From Eledone cirrhosa (lineage: Eukaryota), in NCBI GenBank assembly GCA_964016885.1, contig OZ024743.1:167834001-167898000 (forward strand): 64,000 nt of DNA. Direction: 5' to 3'. Position 1 is the first letter of the stretch. Each line of letters begins with the position of its first letter. Position numbers and translations under genes: made by a program. This document shows, in pieces, positions 1 through 12,455 of the stretch. The notes below the pieces were generated by a model. That model worked only from the letters and a program-made list of their open reading frames with translations, did no database searches and had not been told where the DNA came from.

Positions 1-869
1 TTTCAACAGCATGTAGAAATCGACTAAATTCCGTCAACCATACACAATTAGGTATAGAATTACATTTAGAAGAAATGCGTACACTCTTACCATGATTATG
101 TCTCTACTCTCGGGTTTCGTTCGTATTTTGAGATATCCTATTAAGGATAAAATCTCGAGTTTCGAACTCGTCAGGAAACAAACTCATAGGACAGGTAATT
201 TTCCAAAGCGATCCCCGCCAGAAACAGATTCAAATTGGCTAAGAATCGTGACGTGGCAGTGGTCAAGTTATAAAGAATGTGATTGGTTGCTTACGGCGAG
301 TGGGCTGGTTGCTAGAAAGCGCAGTCCAATTTTTGCCCAAATTGTATCTCAAACTAATGGGAGATAATTACATATAAAGATTTACATATACACAAACTAA
401 ACAAAGTCACCGATATATATGTGGCAACCATTCACGATGTGGCTCAATGAAGAATTAATAAATTAAATAATCAGAGCAATATATCATAAAGTATGTCCAT
501 AGAATCATTTGATAAAATATATACACCATTTCCTCTCCCAATTAGCATAATTAACCACATAAAAAATCAATTAGACCAGGCTATAAAATTAAAGGCTCCT
601 ATGAAGAAATATTTGATAAATAAACGACAGCAGCCTCTTCGCGGCCGACCGCAATAGAATATTTACCCAACATTTCAACAGAATGGTTGCCACACATATA
701 TATCTGTGACTGTGTTTAGTTTGTGTATATGTAAATCTTTATATTTAATAATCTCCCATTAGGTTGAGATAAAATTTGGGCAATATTAGGCTGCGCTTTC
801 TAGCAACCAGCCCACTCGCCGTAAACAACCAATCACTTTCTTTCTAACTTGACCACTGCCACGTCACGA
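1..869. mobile_element. Non-coding PLE-terminal-like repeat (unit ~670 bp) followed by an inverted partial copy
   Basis: 246-433 recurs as a reverse complement at 681-869. The window start (tttcaacag) recurs at 673. A diverged rearranged copy lies at ~10830-11425. A hammerhead-like core CTGACGA-gttc-GAAAC-tcga is on the minus strand at ~150-175. Confidence 0.55.
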
Positions 870-1678
870 GAGATACAGAGAGAGGGGAAGCAGTAAAAAA
901 GAAACAGACAATCGCAGCTAAGGAAAAAATATAAATATAAGAAAAATGGAGTGCTGCGTGGTTGCACATGGGTTACATATGAATAAAATTAGTCCTTCAT
1001 TAGTGATCTTCCAACCTTCATTGGTATTTCATCGCTTTAAAAATCATATACCTCTGGTTGGTGCGAGCAATAACTAAATAAAGTTATTGCGACAAGTAAA
1101 ATAGTGTGAAGCGAGCGAGATATGTAAACAAACAAAGATGGTATTGCAACGGAAAGATAGGAAGAGACAAGTACATGATATCTATAAGCTTAAGCTTGGT
1201 GAAATCATGGACGACAGATACAGACCATCCGACATGGGTGAGATGTGAGCGAGAAAAGGATTTCACACAGGTCAAACGGGAGGAAGTGAGAGAGGAGGAG
1301 AAGCAGAGAGTGAGCGAGTGGAAGTATGAGGAAGAGGCCACCTGAGAGAGAGAGAGAGAGTGTGACTGGCAGAGGGGTAAAAAGAAGGTGAGAGATACAA
1401 AGAGAGGGGAAGCAGTAAGAAAGAAACAGACAATCGCAGCTGAGGAAAAAATATAAATATTAGAAAAATGGAGTGCTGCGTGGTTGCACATGGGTTACAT
1501 ATGAATAAAATTCGTCCTTCATCAGTGATCTTCCAACCTTCATTGGTATTTCATCGCTTTAAAAATCATTTACCTCTGGTTGGTGCGAACAATAACTAGA
1601 TAAAGTTATTGGGACAAGTAAAATAGCGTGAAGCGAGCGAGACATGTAAACAAACAAAGATGGTATTGCAACGGAAAG

Positions 1679-1680
<2 letters not shown>
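869..1680. repeat. Tandem direct repeat, period ~520 bp, ~1.5 copies, non-coding; probable PLE-derived element
   Basis: 869-1160 matches 1391-1680 (e.g. gagtgctgcgtggttgcacatgggttacatatgaataaaatt twice). A third partial copy is inverted at ~8485-8572, next to the GIY-YIG remnant. Confidence 0.75.
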
Positions 1681-2424
<744 letters not shown>

Positions 2425-2801
2425 ATGGTGGCTGCCAACTCGTTTTCGAGTACGGCCACTACTTTATATCCATGTAGGAGAACCCCTACCGATGCGCTGA
2501 ACGAATGTGACTTTTTAGTCCAGCCAGCGACTTGAAAACTCTGGTACAAACACTACACTTGCGACAATGATACCATGTGATGACAAGTGCAGAGAGATCT
2601 CCAGATATAAAGCAATGCCTGTGCCGTGAAGCTTTTATAGTGAACAAAGGCACTGCACAAAGCCAGTCCCACTCTCTTAACCAAGATGATATTTACCAAA
2701 AAGAAGAACAAGTCAACATCATTGGATACCATCAGAGTTGCAGGTGTTATATCAGAGTTTTCCTTCTCCTAGAATTCTGCCTTGACAAAGGCTAAGGGGT
2801 C
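2425..2801 (-). mobile_element. Partial copy of the non-autonomous RTE-related element at 16011-16605
   Basis: Closely matches 16011-16400 (tggtggctgccaactcgttttcgagtacgg ... ccttgacaaaggctaaggggtc) and is flanked by CATA repeats. Confidence 0.65.
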
Positions 2802-2855
2802 ATACATACACACATATATACACACGTACACACATATACTTATATATATATATAC

Positions 2856-2902
<47 letters not shown>

Positions 2903-2947
2903 GAGAGTAAAACAAAGAAGCCTTCAATACATCAAAAGTCTTTATTA

Positions 2948-2985
2948 GCCGACAATGTTTCGTCCTATTAAGGACTCATCAGGGC
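2948..2985 (-). ncRNA. Type I minimal hammerhead ribozyme (inverted copy)
   Basis: Exact reverse complement of 5441-5478. Confidence 0.88.
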
Positions 2986-5440
2986 AATTAAAACAACAAG
3001 AAGTAATATCGGCAGATACAAGCCGGAATCTCCGAAGAATATGGAGTGTACATAAACTGAAGTATTACAAAAATATATAATAAAAATATATGATAATAAT
3101 TACTAAGGATGTATATAACATTAAGAACCATATTACAAATATAGTCCAAAGCAAAAACTAGAGCTAAACAAAGGTGGTTATATAGAGCAGGAATTTTATA
3201 TAATACAATATAACATACAATAATATACCTTTACCAACATTAAAATCAAAAATTACAATAAAAATCAAAAGATACAATATGCATATGTATATATGTGCGC
3301 ACACGTACATACACATACACATACAACAATACACACATCCATCTTCCACTGCACAAATTAAACCTTATTAAGAATTTGAATATAAAAATAAGCATGGTAG
3401 GAATGAAAATAATAATAATAATAATACTAATACATGTACCCAATATACATGAGGTAATAATATGATATAATTATAAGTAACACATATAATAATAAATAAT
3501 ACAATTATATACTATATAATACAATATAATAGAATAGATAATCTCCGGTTAATTTACACAAACAAAGTCTGAGATATTCTCTTCTTGCCCCCATGCTATT
3601 TCTAATTCATACTTTTATTATAAACCTAAACGTTCTAGTAGTACACATTGTACCCATTAGGTGATCTATTCCATTACTTAGTTTTTAGTTTAGGTCCTTT
3701 TGTTTGCCAGCATTATTATTATCATCATTGTTATAATTGGTTTTTGATGACTCTTCATTCTAGATCTCATAATCTTTTGGCTACTGTACCGCATCTATCT
3801 TCTTACGCATTAAATTTTCACTGTTACACCTTATGAATGTATATAAGATTATATATTTTACGCTATTTATTTTATTTTACTCTTATTCTTATTCTTATTT
3901 TTATTTTTGATTTTTATCTTTATTCGGATTCTTCTTTGGAATCCCCCCCCCCCTTTCTCCCCCCCCCCCATGCGCACATAAACTTATTGTCAACCCCTCC
4001 AAATTGACTATGATTATATTATATTTAACCCCCCCCCCCCTCTTTTACACTCCTTTCTATTATGTAATATAGTATATCGACTATATTTTATGCCCCTTTG
4101 CATCCTCCATACATTTCTTCTTTTCTGTCCCTATTAGCCTACCTTAATTCTGCTTAAGTCACTTCTTTGGATATCGTTATGTATATGATAATAATAAATT
4201 TTCATTCCTTCTTGTAAACATTTGGAACGAAATATTAATGTTTATAAACTTTAATGACTTAAACTATAGCCAATATTATACTGCCTTATCAGATAGTTTA
4301 AATATTTTTAATATTAATTTATCAAATAGGGTTTTCGAGTCATTTACAGGGGTTGTTTTCCTTAGCTTTTACTTAACTACTTAACTGCATGGGAGACCTA
4401 AATGTATACGTTTGTTTTTGTTTTTTTAAATTTCCGGTTGATTCTATCTATTTATTTATTTTATTCTATATTATAATACTACTGTGCATTATTTTCACTG
4501 TCTGGCACTCACTCACTCATCCATATACATGTCTGTCTACCAACCTTGTAATTATAAGTAATTATATATTATATTGTATTAATTTATTTTATATAATATA
4601 TTATATTGTATTTTTTATTGTAATATTGATCCTTATTACTGACCGTTAATTATATGTAACCTTATGATATGTTAAACTTTATATATCATGTAAGATGTTT
4701 CTACTTCTGTAAGTTTTTTGAGGTATTGTACAATTTATTTTTCCTCACCTACTCTGTAACCCAATATGAACCGATTTGTTAACTTGAGTACATTGATAAA
4801 TGTTAGTATATTGTATATTGTAAATGTTATTATTATTATATTATTATTGTGACATCTATATTGTTTGTGTAAATTAACCGGAGATTATCTATTCTATTAT
4901 ATTGTATTATATAGTATATAATTGTATTATTTATTATTATATGTGTTACTTATAATTATATCATATTATTACCTCATGTATATTGGGTACATGTATTAGT
5001 ATTATTATTATTATTATTTTCATTCCTACCATGCTTATTTATATATTCAAATTCTTAATAAGGTTTAATTTGTGCAGTGGAAGATGGATGTGCGTATTGT
5101 TGTATGTGTATGTGTGTGTACGTGTGCGCACATATATACATATGCATATTGTATCTTTTGATTTTTATTGTAATTTTTGATTTTAATGTTGGTAAAGGTA
5201 TATTATTGTATGTTATATTGTATTATATAAAATTCCTGCTCTATATAACCACCTTTGTTTAGCTCTAGTTTTTGCTTTGGACTATATTTGTAATATGGTT
5301 CTTAATGTTATATACATCCTTAGTAATTATTATCATATATTTTTATTATATATTTTTGTAATACTTCAGTTTATGTACACTCCATATTCTTCGGAGATTC
5401 CGGCTTGTATCTGCCGATATTACTTCTTGTTGTTTTAATT

Positions 5441-5478
5441 GCCCTGATGAGTCCTTAATAGGACGAAACATTGTCGGC
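5441..5478 (+). ncRNA. Type I minimal hammerhead ribozyme
   Basis: gcc-CTGATGA-gtcc-ttaata-ggac-GAAAC-att-GTC-ggc: intact core, 4-bp stem II, short stem III, GUC cleavage triplet, stem I gcc/ggc. This form is typical of PLE pseudo-LTRs. Confidence 0.88.
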
Positions 5479-5647
5479 TAATAAAGACTTTTGATGTATT
5501 GAAGGCTTCTTTGTTGTACTCTCTTAATTTTTCGGCTCTGTTTAACTACATTGAGCTATACCTTTTACTGTCATTTCTATAATACGAAGAGGGTGTTTAA
5601 CTCCAACACACTCCAGTATTTTAACCCTTATATATATATATATATAT

Positions 5648-6479
5648 AGTAATAATAATAAAATTGAAGACTAAAATCCAAAGAGGGCTCGATAAGGAAA
5701 ATATATATCAAATATATAAGAACCGTAGAGCAAATATTTATTAAAATAACAGATTAAAGTTTAAGCAAAGAATAGCTGCTTTCACCCTTAACGGGATCTT
5801 CTGAAACTAACAAAGTCAATCTGTAAACGCAGAACTGGATATTTCAAAAAACGTTGCAACCGGAGGAAGACAGGAAGACGATACTTTGGTTCGTGGTAAC
5901 GTTCGCTGGCAAAGAATGGAAAAAAACGAATATAATACGTCATTAATAGGAGCGGTGAAAAACAATTACGCGCAAAGACAGAACCACGTTTATGGTATAA
6001 TAGAGGTCGTAGACTAATGTTCTCTTAGGTGGTGCATAGAGACGTTCTCTGGCAATGAACGAAAAAACGAAGATAATAAGTCAAATGTGGAGCGTGGAGA
6101 ACAATAGCACGCAAAGACAAAATCACGTAAATGGTAAGCAGAAGTCGTAGACTAAAATTCTAACTAGGAGAATGAGAACGTCTCTATGCACCACCTAAGA
6201 GAACATTAGTCTACGACCTCTTTTATACCATAAACGTGGTTCTGTCTTTGCGCGTAATTGTTTTTCACCGCTCCTATTAATGACGTATTATTCGTTTTTC
6301 CCCGTTCTTTGCCAGCGAACGTTACCACGAACCAAAGTATCGTCTTCCTGTCTTCCTCCGGTTGCAACGTTCTTTGAAATATCCAGTTCTGCGTTTACAG
6401 ATTGACTTTGTTAGTTTCAGAAGATCCCGTTAAGGGTGAAAGCAGCGATTCTTTGCTTAAACTTTAATCTGTTATTTTA

Positions 6480-6487
<8 letters not shown>
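5648..6487. mobile_element. Non-coding foldback element, arms ~5733-6049 and 6174-6487; probable PLE terminal derivative
   Basis: The arms are near-perfect reverse complements and the element is flanked by (TA)n. The same family occurs at 9397-10236. A degenerate hammerhead-like motif cagaaga-tccc-gttaa-gggt-gaaa lies at ~6418-6450. Confidence 0.7.
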
Positions 6488-6519
<32 letters not shown>

Positions 6520-6891
6520 GGAAAAAATGAAACGAAATTTCATTTCCCACTCTTAGTACGGCTGTTACTTAAATATAAGTACGTACACGCACATACTTAC
6601 ATGTATACAGACGTACAGAAGTATGTATATATATATACATACATGCACACATATATATACGTATGGATTCACCGAACATTTATTTTAATGCTCGGTGTGT
6701 TTGTAAACAAACATCCCGTATTAAGCCGTAGTGTCGAGCAACCATCGTTGCTCGTTTGTTCAACACTGACAAAGGAACGCTGTACTAATTTCAAGCTTAT
6801 TAGCTATCGTCAGCAACGTATACCTACCTGCCAGATTGTTGAACGTATATACCCTACCTAATGCATATTAACGGCTGAGTAGCCCAATTTG

Positions 6892-7381
<490 letters not shown>

Positions 7382-7920
7382 CAGTATAGAAATTATTGTA
7401 AGCAAGAAGCCAACAGTATTTCATAATAGTTAACGTAAGAAGTGGGAAAATAATTAAAACTAAATTCAAAAAGAATCAGGGCATAGATTCATCATAGATT
7501 CATCCACATCATTTTGTGAAATCCAGGGAAAAAATCAATAGAGCCATAACTCGGAATAAAACAAAGTTTAAAATACTCATCCATCAATTTGGAAAAACTA
7601 CAATTGCTCTGTATAGTCTTAAAAATGCTATTTCACGAAACTTTCAGTGGGGATGGTCACGGTTGGAATCGATCATCATATATATATATACACATATAAA
7701 CACATAAAAAATACACAAAGGGGGAAATTTAAGGAAACAATCAAGATATGAAAAAGCATCAAATAACATAAATTAAAATTAAGTAACATAAAATACAAGT
7801 AGAGAAAAGTAAAGTATAAGTTATAAGTTTGAAAGGTAACAAGACGTAGGTAGGGTTGGGATGGGAGGGGGCGCGGGGGAGTGTGTTTAATGTTTAATGT
7901 CGATTCCATTGTCTTATGGC

Positions 7921-8450
7921 TCATCGTTCAGGGTGAAGAACTGGTCTATATGACTTGTAAGTTGCATAGTTTTTGTGCATGCAATTCGGGCAGTATTCTG
8001 AGAGTCTATTGAGTAAGGGTCCTTTGGCGAATAGTATTTCGTAACTCTCGGAAATACAAAGGTCACAGCAATTATGGCCTCCTGTGTAAGACCGCGCTCT
8101 CTGAAGTAATTTCCATTTGAGCGTAAAGGGGGTGGAGTTCCTTTTTAGGTCCCAGACATGGGCGGCGAGTGTTGTTTGGTAGGACTTGTCTGGGCATCGA
8201 AAAGAATGGGTGTGTGCGTACCAACGGGTCTTAAAGTTGTTGGAGGTCATTCCGATATACGTCTTTCTCCCTTCATCAGGGCCTGAGATGACATCACATT
8301 TGTATACAATATCCTTTATAAGGCATTTATTGCTGAAGAGGCATGCAGCCTTATCGTGGCAGTTGCACAGGACCTCAGTACCGGATTCTCTTACTCTACT
8401 ACACCAAATATAGCTAGGAACTTAGCCAATATTAATATTACTAAGTTAAA
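7921..8450 (-). pseudogene. 3' remnant of a Penelope-like element: Cys-rich linker plus GIY-YIG endonuclease (Neptune-type)
   Basis: Minus-strand translation reads CNCHDKAACLFSNKCLIKDIVYKCDV...KTYIGMTSNNFKTRWYAH...CDLCISE...LLNRLSE. VY/YIG, Arg, Glu and Asn motifs of GIY-YIG are present; the RT part is absent. Confidence 0.85.
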
Positions 8451-8568
8451 TAAGTCTACTACCTCCGAAACCCATCCCGGTACCGATATCAATGAAGGCT
8501 GGAAGATCACTAATGAAGGATTAATTTTATTCATATGTAACCCATGTGCATCCACGCAGCACGCCATT

Positions 8569-8638
<70 letters not shown>

Positions 8639-8646
<8 letters not shown>

Positions 8647-9331
8647 CGTAAAATAAGAAAATAATTTTTAAAAAATTTTTTAAAAAATCTTTTACTTACT
8701 AACTTAAATTTTCACTCCAACTAATTAGTTTCTGCAATGGGATAAAGACAGTTACGTAATCCAACTGTCGAGAATTCATTGCGTCATCAGGGAGTCTATT
8801 CTCAGCTGAGTCTCCAGGCAATGCGCGGACACTGGCGGCTCATATAAAAATAATAATAATTCGGTAGATAGAACAGCTGGCGAGGACTGGATTCTATGTA
8901 CTGAAATTCTCACTGCTTCTAGTCAAATGGCCGATTCTAAAGAATCAATCACGTGACACAGAGGCTAGTTAGAAGGAATGGGATGGTAAGATGACTGACG
9001 CCTACTAACACCCCAAAAAATTTAGAAGTGGTTTTGGCAGGTTTGCTCGACAAATCAGTGATTTGGAGATAAATATAGATAATTTAATATATCAACTAAC
9101 ATAAGCGCACAGATGCACGTCCATGCCAGCAAATACACAGGTTATGTCATAGTACCTAGGTGGTTCAATGCAGGAGGATTCAGAACAATAATATAAAAGA
9201 CGTAAAATAAGAAAATAATTTAAAAAAAATTTTTTTAAAAATTTTTTACTTACTTACTTAAATTTTCACTCCAACTAATTAGTTTCTGCAATGGGATAAA
9301 GACAGTTACGTAATCCAACTGTCGAGAATTC

Positions 9332-9334
<3 letters not shown>
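8639..9334 (-). mobile_element. ORF-less hammerhead-bearing unit with a ~140-bp terminal direct repeat (period 554 bp); retrozyme-like or non-autonomous PLE
   Basis: 8641-8780 is repeated at 9195-9334. The unit is flanked on both sides by (TA)n and contains a hammerhead at 8714-8795. Confidence 0.7.
8714..8795 (-). ncRNA. Type I hammerhead ribozyme with extended stem II
   Basis: Minus strand: actcc-CTGATGA-c-gcaatg...[gacagtt/aactgtc hairpin]...cattgc-a-GAAAC-taatta-GTT-ggagt. Stem I is actcc/ggagt and the stem III loop is palindromic. Confidence 0.75.
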
Positions 9335-10346
<1,012 letters not shown>

Positions 10347-10736
10347 CGAGGGTAATCCCAAAAGTAAGGTCTCCAAAGCGATGGGGACGCAGAGAAACTG
10401 TTCGTACGGCTGTTGGTAACACTGTTCTGATTGGTGCTTCCTTCACTCCCAAACAAGCATGCGCGCTTCGCTGGGATGCTCTATCCTGGCTTGGCAGCCG
10501 TTGAGAATGGAGCACCTGTTGAACGCTACCGCCAAGAGCGAATTTCACGCAGTTATTATATAGAGGGCAATCCCAAAAGTAAGGTCTCCTTCCGAGGAAA
10601 ACATGCGTAAAGATCGGCGGATCACTATGGATGCTCTCTGCATTTTGGTTCCTGATATTTCCCGAAACACCATCCACAGGATTTTAACGGAAAAGTTGCA
10701 ATATCGGTAGGAGACCTTACGTTTGCGATTGCCCTC

Positions 10737-10737
<1 letters not shown>
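10347..10737 (+). mobile_element. Internally deleted mariner/Tc1 element (MITE-size) with ~28-bp TIRs, inserted in TA
   Basis: TA|cgagggtaatcccaaaagtaaggtctcc ... ggagaccttacgtttgcgattgccctcg|TA. Internal peptide remnants KSEFHAVI, DRRITMD and TIHRILTEKL resemble the mariner HTH region. Confidence 0.8.
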
Positions 10738-10802
<65 letters not shown>

Positions 10803-10829
10803 GAAGTTTACATACTCATAAACTAGACA

Positions 10830-11425
10830 GAGCCATAGATATGTATATATATGTTTTTGAAAACCATTCACGGTGTGGCTCAATGACGAATTAATTAATT
10901 AAATAATCAACAATCAGAGCAGCCTACTCGCCGTCAGGCACCAATCACAAGCTTTCTGACTTGACCACTGGCTATGTGAGAATTCTTAGCCATTTTGAAT
11001 TCGTTTCTGGCGGGGATCATTGAAGAAAAATATTTGTCCAATTGAGTTTGTCTTCTGATGATTTCGAAACTCGTTGATTTATCCATGATCGGATATTTCC
11101 AAAGAGCGAATGAAACTACCGGTGGTAGAGATATGATTTTGGTATGTTTATGTCCATTTTTTCTTCTAACTTTGATTTTTTACCTAATTATGTATGGTTA
11201 ACTATATGTTTAGTCAATTTCTACAGGCTATCAGAAATACTAGGTAAATCTTCTGTGGCTGTGGATCGCGGATAAAAAGCTATCATTTATCTATCAATTA
11301 TTTCTTCATAGGTACATTTTAAACTTATAGCCTTATTTGAATGATTTTTTATGTGGTTGATTATGCTGATTGGGAGAAGAAATACTGTATATATTTTATC
11401 AAATGGTTCTATGGACTTACCTTCT
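10830..11425. mobile_element. Diverged copy of the 1-869 family: short direct piece followed by a long inverted piece
   Basis: 10861-10920 matches 426-478. 10921-11425 is the reverse complement of ~305 to 1, continuing into ~680 to 490, a circularly permuted unit. CTGATGA-tttc-GAAAC lies at 11055-11070. Confidence 0.55.
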
Positions 11426-11444
11426 CATATATATATATGTATAT

Positions 11445-11620
11445 AACGAAGTAGGTATGATAAAGAAGCAGATGGACCATAACGCTCAAGAGTACTCAAT
11501 ACCTAGGGTAGTAGAGTGGGTATTAGGAAAATATTAAAACCCGACGGCAGAGCTCAAGCCGTTTCGACGGCTATTTCTGGACTAAAGTAGAATTTTTAGC
11601 CGAACTTTTCAAGGGGTAAT
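11445..11620 (-). repeat. PLE-terminal-like repeat shared with 27905-28050; decayed hammerhead
   Basis: atggaccataacgc...gagtactcaatac..agggtagtagagtggg...gtttcgacggctatttctggact occurs at both loci. The minus strand shows stem cggcta/tagccg followed by GAAAC. Confidence 0.55.
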
Positions 11621-12455
11621 TCATTGTATGGGAAGATTGTAGTTGTCAAAAGGATTGGTCAAACACAATTAGGTCTTTCTTGGTGGTAGGTGGGAGGTGG
11701 CTGAACTTGCCTGTAGAACAATAAGGGAGTGGGTGGAGCCGGTCAAGCGTTGAAAGTGATTTCTATACAGCGAATTCTAAGGAGTGTAAATGGAATTAGG
11801 TTAGGTAGAAAGCAGGCGAAAAAGAATTCTGGGGCAATTTGAGAGTGGGACGTTATAGAATTAAAAGATTAATAGATTGAAATTAAAAGATAATAAATAA
11901 ATAAAAATAAAAGAATAAAAAATAAAAATTAAATAGTAGCAAATAATAATTAAAAAAAAAAAAAAAAATCTCTAGAGTCTAAAGCAGCTGCTATACATTT
12001 TAGCCCCATCCCAGTAAATTATTTATAGCATTGGCCGAAAACGCACTACCAGCTAAACATTATAGCGTTTTGGAGCAAGGGCGCGTTACGGGGACGTTTG
12101 AAGATTTGGGGGCGCAAGGGGCGCCTTGGAAGGCTCTTTATTTTGGTTAATTTTATAAGCCATATGTGTACGTCTCTGAGACAGCCAGTGTGAATACATA
12201 TGACTGAAGAAAACGAAGAAAATAAATAAAAGAAGCTTGTCAACGACAAGATAAAAGAAAAACGAAAGAAATCAAAGAAATTGAAAATAAGGGCAACGTC
12301 AACTAAGACAACACTTACAAGAACGACATCAACAACTGAAATGACAAGAAAAAGAAGCAATGGCGATGAAAGGTGTGGGTGTATACTTATACATACATAC
12401 GAACATACACACGCATGCATACGTAGATACATACATATATACATACATACATACA

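Larger units (their letters stand above)
2898..5528. repeat. Long inverted repeat: near-identical ~670-bp arms (2898-3565 and 4861-5528) around a ~1.3-kb AT-rich spacer; PLE inverted pseudo-LTR architecture
   Basis: The arms are reverse complements with few mismatches (mirror ORFs 3246..3443- and 4983..5180+). Each arm carries a hammerhead core near its outer end. Confidence 0.9.

Noticed and set aside
3164-5262. Paired identical small hydrophobic ORFs on opposite strands
   Set aside because: They are a by-product of the inverted repeat and AT-rich composition, with no protein motif.
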